From assembly GCF_009914755.1 (NCBI RefSeq), contig NC_060936.1: 64,000 nt of DNA. The stretch is one strand, 5' to 3'. A program made the translations under genes and the position numbers. Every line of letters begins with the position of its first letter. The stretch's first letter is position 1. Below the pieces are notes generated by a model. It was not told where the DNA came from. It saw nothing but the letters and a program-made list of their open reading frames with translations, and did not search any database. Shown in pieces: positions 27,410 through 40,270 of this stretch. The DNA comes from the human T2T-CHM13v2.0 reference genome, Homo sapiens.

Positions 27410-30289
27410 GTAGTGTCTAAAATTGAAATTTTGGTTATAAGCCAGTTGAAACCAGGATAATATAGAAGGGGCAATCCTTCCATGAAAACATGTTGGTGCA
27501 TTTTAAGCTTCTTGAGAGTAAAAATGTTGTATTTGTCTTTAACTTTATATACCTACTACACATAACATGGCACATTCATATAAATGTTTAATAAACATTT
27601 GGTGAATCCATGTGTTTGACAAGTGTATTAATTAATGTATATTTGTTCTTAAAATTCGTCATATTACTAAGAATTTGTTTTCTTTTCATAATCAGTATGT
27701 CTTTAACCTATAGTCTTTGTTAATGATTTAATATTAATTTTAGTAAACCCTTAAATATAGTAAAAGTTATTCATGCCTAATCCATTTTGTTTGTTCTGAT
27801 ACAGAAATGAAAAGCAACCCAGCTCTTTCATAAACCGGGCAACAAAGCTAGTGTAGATACTGGAGGAGGGAGTGGCAATTCCCTTTCAATCAGCCTCCAA
27901 ATGCACTTCCCAGAACGAAATAAAAACACTTTTCTTTCTGCAGTCTCTTTCTTAGATGTGGGTATTTACCTGCGGGGGAAAAAATCTGAGACCTGAGTTT
28001 ATTTTAACAAATCAAAAAAAGTCAATTCACAATTTCCAAATTTACTCTTTTATCTTACATGTAATAACAGCTGAAAAGAATTATTTATCTCTCACTATGG
28101 GTTTAGACCTGTCTAATTTCTATAGGGAATTATATAGAAAATTATAGATCTAGTGCCTGCCCTGGAGGAACTTATAATCTAGAAGTAGGAAGAGAGTAAA
28201 CAAAAATCAAACATACTTAGAGGCAAAAACAATTTACACTATTTTACTTTTAGGGGCTCCAGAAGGAGAAGAAATTGCATTCCATGCTGCATTGGTAACT
28301 TTTGGAGAAAAAAAAATCAGTGCCTTCTTATATATTGCCAGCTTAGTGGATTCTGTGATGTGAGCATTAAAAAAATGAATTTACAAGTTGAATAACAAGG
28401 AAACCACAAGAGTACAGGAGATTTTTGGTTAAGATTTCCAAAAAGGAAAAGAAAAGAGACAGACACAAACATCACATTGGTACATTTTTGAGAACCAGGA
28501 AGTGTGCAAGTATGGTTCCCCTGGTAACCTTTGTGTAGAGCATATGAGTTAACACAGCAGTTTCCCCGTTTTAATACTGCAATCAAGAACTTGATTGTTT
28601 TGTTAATGTGATCATTTGGCATTTCTCCTCATTTTTCTTTTCCCTTGTGCTTACTTTACATTAAGGTCTAAAATCTGGTGGCTCTTAATTTGTCAAAGAT
28701 GCAAATTTTTGGAAGCAAAAAGAAGAATTCAGGAGAAATTGAGATGAAGTTTTAAAAATTTAAATTTTAGAAAGTAAAACATGTTTGTAAAATCAAATTT
28801 TCAAAGGGAGCCCAAGATTTCAGAACAATAACAAGAATATTATCCAAATCTTATGTTATCTGAAAAGATAGCTTAAAATAGGAAGCCTAATTTTTGGCAC
28901 ATAAACTGTACTGCAAGTAAGCAAAGCCATTTCTTGTTGTAAATTAAAAATAAAAACAATCAGTATCTTTTGCTGTTAGTAATGTTGAACAATTAGTCTG
29001 ATCACTGTTTCCCTTAAAAGTGAAAATTGCCCACTAACCTCTTCTTGGCCTCACTTGTCTCCCTTCAGACTTCTATTTGGGTCCTGTTCATGACCCTTCT
29101 TAGCACCTTTGGATCCAAGGACTTCTTAGTCTCCTATCATTCCCAATGTAGTTAAACTCTATCACTCGCATTTTGTTTTGCTTTGCTTTGTTTTAACAAC
29201 CCTCTTGATCTTGTTCTGCTAAGCACTGCTGGAGAAATTCAGGCTAGTTTGACAATCAAATTCTGTGCAATTAGGCCCCTCATGTTGTTCTGCTATCTTT
29301 TTATTTATCATTAACTAACTTCCTAAGGCATTTCCTTCAGCAGTTGTTCTCATCCTTTTTTCAATTTCCTCCAGCTTACTACCATTCTATTGTCCTCTTC
29401 AATCTAAGCAAAGACTTCTTTTTACTTGATTCAAAAGACAGAACTTAAGGAGTTACTTTCCCAAATCCTCTCCTCTTTATCTAAAATCTCTGAGAATTTT
29501 GAGCAGATGGTCCCAACAAGAAAAAAAATGGCATACTCAAATTCGGATAATTCAAGGATGGAGGGTTATTAAAGGGAGTCTTTCCTCCCATCCTCTCACC
29601 TCTTGCCTGTTCCTCTCCAGTGCTTGGTGATAAGGCCTATAGATCAGCTTGCCAGCATAGACAGCAGGATGGAGTGTGTGGAGAAATAAATGGAAGATAT
29701 GTAGCATAAACCTTAACCAATGTTTTTTTTGTGTGTGCCTAGTATAGTAAAATAATCTTTTTAAGCATTAACAAATAAAGAATTGGCCCTGCTCCCAACT
29801 TCTGTGGAAGTTCAGAACCTAGGAATAAAGCTGTATGTATCTATAAGTACATAAACCATGTGTATAAAACATGCAAACAAATGTGTATAAAAATAGAATT
29901 TAAGATAAAGCAAAGTGTTATAAGGTGGCAACATATAAGATGCTTTGGCATGAGGGAGGTGAGCAAATACTACTAGATGTGAAATCTCAGAATATGTTCA
30001 TGTAATTGATACCTATAAGAGTGAGGAGAATTTACAAGTATGGACGTAGAGATGGCAGGAAAGGCATTCTCTAGTCAGAGCAGCATGGGCTAAGACAGTA
30101 AGATGTGAACACATGGAGCATATGTAGAAATACATAATAGGCAAGACATTGGAAAGTTTGTCAGGCTGCAGAGGTAGTTTTTGGTACAATTGAGGACTCA
30201 TGATGATGGAAGCTAAGATACCTGTGCTTAACTGTGTGGCAGGATCATACCAATTAATATTCATTAAGACACTTCATGCAACAGATGCA

Positions 30290-30460
30290 CAAAGCAGATA
30301 CTATTATCCCCATTTGACAGATGAGGAAATGGACTCTTCAGGCAATATTAAATAATTTTATTAAAGTCACAAAACCAAAAGATGGCTTTCTGTGAAAATG
30401 TAATGACATAACAATGTATGTTCAAAGGAAACATAGTGCTTGGCCTGTAGCAGATATGCA
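30290..30460 (-). mobile_element. MIR fragment
   Basis: ATTATTCCCCATTTGACAGATGAGGAAA. Confidence 0.7.
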
Positions 30461-30475
30461 GTATCTGTTAGTGAC

Positions 30476-31019
30476 AGTGAAGGTGAATTTTATGTGTCAA
30501 CTTGACTGGGCTGAGGGTTGCCCGGATAGCTTGTAAAACATTATTTGTGGGTGTGTGCCTGAGGGTTTCTGGAAGACATTAGAATTTGAGTCAGTAGACT
30601 GAGTAAAGAAGGTCTGTCCTCACCAATAAGGATGAGCATCATCCAACCTTCGAGAGGCTGAATAGAACAAAAACGGAGGAAGAAGGGTGAATTCGCTCTC
30701 TCTATCTGAGCTGGGCATCTAACTTTTCCCACCCTTCAACAGTGATGCTCCTGGTTCTTGGGCCTTCAGACTCAGACCAGGATTTAAACCATTGGACTCC
30801 CAGTTTTCAGATCCTCATTCTTGGACTGAACTACACCACTGGCTTTCCTGGTATTTCAGTTTGCACATGACAGGTTGTGCAACTTCTTAGACTACATAAT
30901 CACATAAGCCAATTCCTATCATAAAAAAGTTTTTTTCTATATATTGCTACCTTTATTTCCATCATCTCTCTATATATATCCTATTGGTTCTGTTTCTCTG
31001 GAGAACTCTGACTAACACA
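30476..31019 (+). mobile_element. MLT2 (ERVL) solo LTR
   Basis: AATTTTATGTGTCAACTTGACTGGGCT...CCTATTGGTTCTGTTTCTCTGGAGAACTCTGACTAACACA. Confidence 0.9.
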
Positions 31020-31507
31020 GTGAACTTTAGCCACCTGAACTATCTTGACTTTTGGCCTTGTAGTAAAATTAATCTGAGAGCAATTTTGGGTGAATTAGAA
31101 GTGAGAGACCAGTGCTGTGAGGGAGATGATAAGGGCATGAATGAGGATAGTGATGAATGGAATAGACAAAATGGTACAGATTTGGAAATATTGTTGTGAT
31201 CAGGTTGACATACTTGAAAAGTGATAGGATGCTGGGGGAACTAAGAAAACTCAGGGTGAACAGTAGGAGAATCGCCAGATAAACTATTTTGTGTTGCTCA
31301 GTTGCCTTTCTCTAGAGATAGCTTCCTGATATCCCTAATCATCCATAGTTGGCCTTTCATCTCATTGCTCTTTTTGTTCTCATATGGTAAACTAGGATAA
31401 TTATAAACTGTTTTTATTACATTATCTGAAACGTTTCTTACAGTTAGTCTTAATCCAAGCTCTCATTATTATAGTTTATCTACACTATTGTAATAATCTT
31501 TTAAGTA

Positions 31508-31797
31508 TTTTCTTTCTCTTTTCTTTTTGAAACAGGGTCCCACTCCATCACTGGGGCTGGAGTGTAGTGGCGTGATCATGGCTCACTGCAGCCATGACCT
31601 CCTGGGGTCAAGAGATCCTCCCACCTCAATGTCCCAATTAGTTGGGGCTGCAGGTATAAGCCACCACACCTGGCTGATTCTCTATTTTATTTGTTTACAG
31701 ATGGGATCTCACTATGTTGCACAGGCTGGTCTTGAACTCCTGGACTCATGTGATCCTCCCATCTCAGCTTCCCAAAGTAATGGAAAGCATGAGCCAC
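31508..31797 (-). mobile_element. AluJ (diverged)
   Basis: Two arms; flanks TAAGTATTTT / TAAGTTTTTT as a probable TSD. Confidence 0.88.
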
Positions 31798-32233
31798 GTA
31801 AGTTTTTTTTTTTTAAATTTCCTATTTCTCCTGTAAACATTTACCCTTTTGATTAGCAGATTTTAAAACATTTACAATTTCCTTTTTCCTACAGAACATT
31901 TTCAATGGTTCCCAATTAGCTAAAGGATAGGTCAATAATAGATGATACATTGAATTGTTATGTTCCAGTTTTAAAAGATGACATAAATTTCTGTGTACTT
32001 TCATGAAAAGATGTTGAGATAAAAAAGTAAGCTGTAGAACTATCCCTGTAATGGCAACCTACTTTTAGACTGAAATAATTTATATGCAGTACCTTTTGCA
32101 CCTATTTGTATATGTATACATATAAGTTAGGAGAATGTACACTAATTTATTTCTGCTTTAGAGTAATGTTTTACTTTTCTATACATACTTTTTGGTTTTA
32201 TACAACCTCTTACAACAAATATTTTACTACTCA

Positions 32234-32649
32234 TGTAAAGTTCAAAAGGAGTGACAGGGTTTGGACCTCGCTGAAGTAGGCCATAAGACCCTTATGTGAG
32301 AAGCACCCTCCCTATACACAGAGGAAATGAACATCTTTATCTCCAAAAATGGAGAAATGCTAATAGGATCAGAATGAATAGGTCTTGTAAAGTTTCCCTC
32401 GGTTCACTACTCTTAGCTCATAGCTGTTTTTGTCTTATCACCTTTTGCAAAACTTTCTGTACTTCATCAAACCTAGCATAAAAATACTCATCTAACTATT
32501 TCCTTGGGTCATCAATTTCCTTATGAAGGCTGTTGAGTCTATGAAAAATAAATGTGTATGGTTTTCTCCCGTTAATCTATCTTTTGTTACAGAGTCCCGA
32601 CAGAGAACCAAAAAGGGTAGAAGGAAAAAGATATTTTTTCTCCCCTACA
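32234..32649 (+). mobile_element. 5' LTR of a MER4-group ERV1 provirus (MER34/MER39-like)
   Basis: Ends TTTTTTCTCCCCTACA, followed by PBS-like TGGTGATCACAAAG; homologous to 39272-40340. Confidence 0.75.
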
Positions 32650-35600
32650 GTTTCTGGTGATCACAAAGATTGGGGTGTCTAAGATTGGGGTACTCTACTC
32701 ACTCCGGAAACTACAGTTGAGATCTGACACAACTGAAAAAAAGCTGTCAGAAATATAAATTCTTACCCTGTTTCCTGGATCTCGTTTTTAGTGCCCAGAC
32801 ACATAAGGAAGGTAAAATGTTTGCTTGTCCCTTCCTTTCCGAATTTAGATTTAAAAAAATTTGTAAAAATTAGCTCTTTGAATTGTGACTCAGGTCAATT
32901 TGGTTAATTTTTGCAGGGGATACCACTTGGTTATTGATCTTTCTCTCCCAGGGACAGCTATTGCTTTCCAGTTTGTCTTGTTTTGTGTCCTGAGATCTTG
33001 GCTTGGCTTTCCACCTGCTGGGGTGCACAGGTTGTTGGACCTGTGTTAGCAGGCAGCCAACTGTCTGGTTGGGGGCCAAAGAGTATGGCCAGACAGCAAT
33101 GTGCGTCACACTTCATTTGTGGCTAATGTCCTACCAGCCTTTGCCAACCCTCAGGGTGTTGTCTAAATCTTTCTTTACTTTGGTTATCTTTGGGAGTGGC
33201 TTAGGATTTTGGGAGGGTTACATCTTTTGCACCCTCTTTGGGGATGCTACTTGCTCTCCATGGTTATGTCATAAAAGACTTACTGGTTTTGATTTTAAGT
33301 ATCTAGAAATAGGTATACCGTTGGTAAAAGAAAAAAAAGTAAAGAGTTCAATACTGCTGGGAATATTTAGTTTGTTCTGGCTGAAACCTGATAATGCGAT
33401 ATCTGAAAGGATTTTTACTTTCTTGTAAAGAGCTCTATGGTCAGAAGCTGGCCTAACTGGGAGCTGATATTCAAAGCTTGATGGGAGCTATTTTTCTAAA
33501 ACGTCTGTTCTCTCTAGTTGAGTCTGTTCTTCCCATGGAAACTTCTCAGTCAACTGAAACCCCCTTTTCCACTGCAGTCAACCACTGTTGACTATATGCT
33601 TTATGAACTCTGTTCACCTCCTTCTTGTTGGCATAATTTTGCTGAGGATAATTTGGAGCGTCACTGGCTTTCTTTGTGAAACTTAAGATCTCCTGAAAGT
33701 GTTTCCTCTAAGACCTCTTCCTTCCCACTGATTTTACTCCTTCTTCTTCCTCGACTAACTGGCTAAACTAAGAAAGTCACTCAAATGTTTTTTTTTTTTC
33801 TTAAGCTATTGTATCTTAGATAATAATTCGTTTTTTAAAAAGCTAGCCATAAGATTGTTGGTAAAATAAAACAGGCATGTCTTCAGGGTTGTCAACATTA
33901 AATGTAATACAGACATAGTTTTCTTTCTACCTAGGCTTAAACTCAGACAAGCTGACATTATCATTACTAGGTATTATGAATTACAATACTATAAATCCAA
34001 CTTAAGAATGAAAGGTACAATAAAAATGAATGGCTTTATGTATGCTTTATGTATGTCAAGCACAGCCATAAAAGAAGGAAAAACAGAAAAAAAGATTAAA
34101 ACCACATGTTTAACTTTTTAGATTCTTTGCTTCTGTGATTTTTGATATGTGTCTGATTTGTCAACAACAACAAAAATAACTTAATGTGATGGCTAGCTTT
34201 GTTTAATGGCTAATGAAGTTTTCATGAGCCATTCAAGCATAATTAAGAAAAAGTGAATTAAATAGATGTAAGTGGAAAAATTGTATAAATGAACTTTTCA
34301 ACAATAATTATGTTTTATAATGTCTTTTTAAAAATGATTTTAAAATCCTTTTGATAACTCAAAATCTTAAAGCTATACTAAGTGACATTAAATAATGAAT
34401 ATTCATTGAATATTTATATTATTTCTTAATAAAATAATGAAACATTAATTGCTTAATAAAAGTTAAGGTTTATTTACTTTTGGCCTCTTGATTTTTATTG
34501 AAGGTGAAAGATATTTGGGTTTTTTAATAAACAACGCCTTCATCACTTTGAAAATTGTATGAGAATACATGCCTCTAGAAATTGTGAAATTGTGTATTCA
34601 TAAATTTTCTTTTTTTTGTTTTCACCTGCACAAAAGTTTTCTAAACTACTACTAAATGTTAGTATGTGATAGTGTATAATTGCTGACTTCGTAGTTCTCA
34701 CCAGAAATTAGGATTACTAAGGGTTAAAACTTGTTAAAACTTTAGTCAATCTATATAAATGAAACTATAGAAATAGTAAAGGTAAAAAAAAAAACCCTTT
34801 GTATGTAAAGAATACAAGAACAATAAGATGTGTTTGTGGTAAGGAAAAGTACTCAAAGTATAAAAGATGTGATCTTTGTTAAATAAACAAGAAATTAATG
34901 TTGTCCTAAAATAAGATGACTAGTTGTTTCAGAATGAGAAAGAATAAAAGAGTAAGACAGAAACAGAATTAATATTAAGAAGAAAGAAGGTTGTAGAAGG
35001 TCTGTGGAAAAGGAATTTTGGAAAAATAGCATCTGTGTAGTCAAAGCCAGTAAGATTGGATGGATTTATTTATAAGATTTCGTAAAAGTTAGTTTCAGTA
35101 AGAATAGTACACTGATGTAAAACTAGAATTTGGTTTTCCTTTTTTTAAAAGGACAAAGTGTTCTTGGATTATTGGTCTGCTCTTAATACAAGATTGTAGA
35201 AAGATTTTTCTTCACCTTTCAAGTAATATGCCTAGGAAATAAAAATTCTGTCTTATTAAAATAATTTCCTGTGCTTCATGTTGTCTTTATCAGGTCTATG
35301 TTTACTTAAGGAAATCAAGTCCTTTCAATATTAAAAGGGTTAATTTTTTCACATCTGTGTAATTTTCTGTATTTGCCTTTAGAATCTTTTATTGCTATTT
35401 TGGTTAAATAGATCACCAAGGTCATATTTAATTGTATTCGAATCTTTTGACATTTTTTGATAAACTTCCTCAAATCAAATTCTAAATAGTCTTTTTAACC
35501 TCAAAGTAACTGAGATTTTTCAGAAGGCCTTTGGAAAATTCAAAGAAATTGTCCCTCATCTTGTAAAAGAGATCTCAAACTAACAAAATTTATTTGATAT

Positions 35601-37286
35601 GTTAAATTATATGGGAAGCATTGTCAAATAAGAAGTGATGATAGGATTTCTTTAGGTTACATTTACCATGTTATTAATATAACTGTTTCAGAAATTGTAT
35701 AAAATTCCCAAAACTTTGTCAATACCCTCACTGCTCATCATATATCTGGTATAATGTTATCTGCCATAATGCCAATTGTTATCTTAAAATATGATATGCC
35801 ACAGAAATAAACAAATTTCCTTGTCAATTACATTATGACGAACTCTCACCAAATCTTTAACCATGGCTATCTTTGAGACTTTTGTCATGCACAGAGAGTT
35901 ATTGTTTTAATTTGATTCTTATATAAAAGCATTCACTATCAACTATAGGCCAAAATTCTTCATGGAAAAGATTCAGTTTCTAGTAACATTAAGACCATAC
36001 AAATGGGCTGTCTAAGAATTTCCAGACACTAATCCCTTACTAAAGAAACTGAGGGATTCATAAAACTGTTAACCTGAGATCAAGCAGAACCAGAATTAAT
36101 TACGTGGAACTGAATGAACTGGTAAGGATGATTATAATTTTTATGATTTTTGTTTGAATCATTAATGGATCTTTAATGTTTTGTTTGCCAGATTTATGGA
36201 ACTCCCTTCCCTTTTCTCTTAAACTGTGTCTTAACAATTTGATAAATTACACCTTTGTCAGAAAACATGAACATTTATTTGTTCTCCTTAACTTATGTCT
36301 CCAGAATTTGGAAACTCTTATTGACTATTCTAATTTTCATGGCAATATATTTATTTGCTAAGTTCAATAAGAATTTATTCTCCCATAATGTAACAGGACT
36401 TAATTAGAAACATTGTTTATATTACTAAGATTTTGATGGGACTGTCTGCTTCTAAGAAACTAGGATTGACTTTATGGAGCCAATACTTACAACGCAATCT
36501 TGAATGACCTAGTTCCTGGCTTATAGGAGTCTTAGCCTTACAGATGAGTAAAGAACTGGTAGGCCCAACAATTTTAAAATATAATAAGAACCTTGAGAAG
36601 AGAGGTTCATCTTTACATCATTACATGTTCCAGGTACAGTCTGGGATCCAATTGCTGCCTTGGTTTCTTAGTCTTGAGAGGCTTTTAAAAGTCTAAGTCT
36701 AACCTATTATTCCTCATGAAAACTTCCAGCAAAGCAAAATAAAAAGATGAGAGAAAGGGAAAAAAAAGCCAGTAATTAATGTTTCCAGTATATTCATCCT
36801 CCTTACTAGGTGTCATTGAGATAATAAAACCTGATGGTACTATCTAAAAAGTTCCTGCAAATCTACAACGCTTGATTAAATGTGACCTTGGATATTGATT
36901 TAACCAAAATGACAATAAAAGATTCTAAAGGCAAACACAGACACTTCCATACTTTGCTGTGAGAAGTAACCATGATTATGATACCATAACCAGAGATTAA
37001 TTCAAAGTGCAAATGAAGAAATGAATTGAATTGCAACTGCTATCCTCATTGCACATCTAAAGCTATTTCAAGCTCAAGTCTAGAAATCTTGACTGGCTGC
37101 CCTTGGGAGTCAGAAACTGGTTAAATAGTTAACCAATTATTAATCTTTGTTTTTCTTTTGTTCCCATAGAAATGCATCTTATTAAATACCTGATTGCTCT
37201 TACCATATAGCAGCCGAACTTATGTTGGCAGCTATTCCCACTTACATCACTGCCTCTCAAAATGAGGCATAAATGTTTAACTAGAC
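32650..37286 (+). mobile_element. Non-coding AT-rich internal region of MER4-group ERV1
   Basis: Lies between homologous LTRs; leader and AT-rich body align by eye with 43645-47915; no gag/pol ORF. Confidence 0.7.
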
Positions 37287-39272
37287 TGACATGGTTTACC
37301 TATGTCGTCATCCAAATCTCATCTTTAATTTTAGTTCCCATAATCTCCACATGTCATTGGTGGAACCCAGTGGGAGGTAACTGAATCACTGGGGCAGTTT
37401 TCACCACGCTATTTTTGTGATAGTGAATAAGTTCTCATGAGATCTGATGGTTTTATAAGGGGCTTCCCCCTTTGCTTGGCTCTCATTCTCCATCCTGGCA
37501 CTTCATGAAGAAGAAAATGATTGCTTCCCCTACCTCCATGATTATAAGATTCCTCCACAGCCATGTGGAATGGTGAATAAATTAAACCACTTTTCTTTAT
37601 AAATTAGCCAGTCTCAGGTATTTCTTCATAGCAGTGTGATAACAGATTTACACAGTAAATTGGTACTGGTTGTAGTGGGGCACTGCAGTAAAGATACTTG
37701 AAAATGTGGAGGCAACTTTTGAACTAGGTTATGGGCAGAGGTTGGAAGAGTTTGGAGGGCTCAGAAGAAGACAGGAAGATGTGGGAAAGTTTGGAACTTA
37801 CTAGAGACTTGTTGAATGGCTTTGACTAAAATGCTAATAGTGATATGGACAATGAAGTCCAGGCTGAGGTTGTCTCAGATGGAAATGAGGAACTTGTGGG
37901 GAACTGAAACAAAGGTGACTTTGTTATGCTTATCAAAGAGATTGGCTGCATTTTGCCCCTGCCCTAGAGATCTGTGGAACTTTGAACTTGAGAGAGATGA
38001 TTCAGGGTATCTGGTGGAAGAAATTTTTAAGCAGCAAAGCATTTTAGAAGAAGCAGAGCATAAAAGTTTGGAAAATTTGCAGCCTGATGATGGGGTAGAA
38101 AAGAAAAACCCATTTTCTGGGGAGAAATTCAAGCCAGCTGCAGAAATTTGCATAAGTAACAAGGAGCTAAATGTTAATCACCAAGACAATGGGGAAAATG
38201 TCTCCACGGCATGTCAGAGACCTTCACTTTCACCAGCAGTCCCTCTCATAACAGGTGCAGAGGCCTAGGAGGGAAAAATGGTTTCATGGGCGGGGCTCAG
38301 GGCTCCCCTGCTCTGTGCAGCCTCAGGACATGGTGCCCTATATCTCAGCTGCTTCAGCTCTAGCTGGGGCTAAAAGAAACCAACGTACAATTTGGGCCTT
38401 TACTTTAGAGGGTGGAATCTTGGCAGCTTCCATGTGGTGTTGAGCTGATGGGTGCACAGAAACCAAGAATTGAGGTTTGGGAACCTTTGCCTAGATTTCA
38501 GAGGATGTATGGAAATGGCTGGAGGTCCAGGCAGAAGTCTGCTGCAGAGGTGGAGCCCTAATGGAGAACCTCTACTAGGACCCACACAGAGTCCTCAATG
38601 GGGTACTGCCTAGTGAGCTGTGGGAAGAGGGCTATCATATTCCAGACCCCAGAATGGTAGATCCATACATAGTTTGTATCATGGGCCTGGAAAGCCATAG
38701 ATACTCAATATCAGCTGAGAAAGTAATCAGAAGGGGGGCTGTACCCTGCAAAGCCACAGGGGCAGAGCTGCCCAAGGCCATGGGAGCTCACCTGTTGCAT
38801 CAGTGTGACCTGGATGTGAAACAAGGAGTCAAATGAGATCATTTCAAATTTCTCCCATTTGGAATGGGTGTATTTCCTCAATGCCTGTACTCCCATTGTA
38901 TCTATGAAGTAACTAACTTGCATTTGATTTTACAGGCTCATAGGCAGAAGGGACTTGCCTTATCTCAGATGAGACTTTGGACTTGGACTTTTGGGTTAAT
39001 GCTGAATGAGCTAAGACTTTGGGGGACTGTTGGAAAGGCATGATTGTGTTTTGAAATGTGAGGACATGACATTTGGGAGGGGCCAGAGCAGAATGATATG
39101 TTTTGGCTGTGTCACCACCCAAATCTTATCTTGCATTGAAGTTCCCATAATCCCCACCTGTCATGGGAGGGACCCAGTAGGAGGTAATTGAATCATGGGT
39201 GTGGTTTCCTCCATGCTATTCTTGTGATACTGAAGAAGTTCTCATGAGATCTAATAGTATTATAAGGGGCTT
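37287..39272 (+). mobile_element. THE1D-like MaLR provirus: 5' LTR 37287-37654, internal 37655-39093, truncated 3' LTR 39094-39272
   Basis: Canonical THE1 LTR and internal sequence. ORF 37816-38268 carries the MaLR remnant LAAFCPCPRDLWNFELERDD. Purine tract precedes the 3' LTR. Confidence 0.92.
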
Positions 39273-39630
39273 ATAAGGACTGTCTGAACTTCCCCTGAAA
39301 AGGATGCATATCAAGCAGGTCTTATGACTGTCATGTGAGAGCTGTCCTCCTATTCTAGAGGAAAGGAGCATTCTAGTTTCTTCAGATGGAGAGATGCTAA
39401 GAGGAATATGAATGAACAGGACCTATAAGCTTTCCCCAGTTCACCTTTCTTAGTTCAGACTCCATCTCCCATCACATTTTTCTACAACTCTTCATTCTTC
39501 ATCAAATCTAGCATAAAATCCCTCAGGTTTAACCATTTATTTAGCTTGTCATTTCCTTATGAAGGTTTCTATGTCATGTAGAACTCATATTAAATAAATT
39601 TTTGATTTGTATGCTTTCCTCTTGTTGATC

Positions 39631-40270
39631 TTTTTTTTTTTTTTTTTTTTTGGAGACAGGGTCTCACTCTGTTATCCAGGCTTGAGTCTAGCGGCAGTAT
39701 CACAGCTCACTGCAGCCTGAAACTCCTGGGCTCAAGAAATCTTCCTGCCTCAGCCTCCTGAGTAGCTGAGGCTACAGGTGAGTGGCACCACGCCCACTGA
39801 TATGGTTTGGCTCTGTGTCCTCACCCAAATCTCATCTCAAATTATAATCCCCATATGCAGAGGGAGGGTCCTGGTGGGAGGTGATTGGATCTTGGGGGTG
39901 GTTTCCCCCATGTTGGTCTCGAAATAGTGAGTGAGTTCTCACGAGATCTAATGATTTTATAAGTGTTTGGCAGTTCCTCCTTTGTTCTCTCTCTCTTTCC
40001 TGCCACCGTGTGAATAATGTACTTGCTTCTCCTTTGTTTTTTGCCATGACTGTAAGTTTCCTGAGGCCTCCCAGTTTAATTGACTGTGAATCAATTAAAC
40101 CTCTTTCCTTTATGAATTACCCAGTCTCAGGTATTTCTTTATAGCAGTGTGAAAACAGACTAGTATATCCGCCTGTTTTTCTTTTAATTTTTGTGGAGAC
40201 AATGTCTCTGTATGTTGCTTGGGTTGGTCTTGAACTCCTGGGTTCAAGCTATCCTCTCACCTTCACCTCT
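39631..40270 (-). mobile_element. AluJ, 5'-truncated, interrupted by an MSTA LTR
   Basis: Poly-T 39631-39651, right arm to 39797, resumes at ~40173 with linker and left arm. Confidence 0.88.
39798..40167 (+). mobile_element. MSTA-like solo LTR
   Basis: TGATATGGTTTGGCTCTGTGTCC...AAACAGACTAGTATA; 5-bp TSD CCCAC/TCCGC. Confidence 0.9.

Noticed and set aside
20804-31019. Two co-oriented MLT2 LTRs as the ends of one ERVL provirus
   Set aside because: The intervening 9 kb has no ERVL internal sequence, PBS or PPT, and contains older L2/MIR; they are independent solo LTRs.
37172-37286. Possible domesticated MER34 env (HEMO-like) gene
   Set aside because: The frame stops after 12 codons, shows no recognisable similarity, and the downstream region is replaced or deleted.
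37816-38268. 150-aa ORF as a gene
   Set aside because: Frameshifted remnant of the THE1/MaLR internal ORF.
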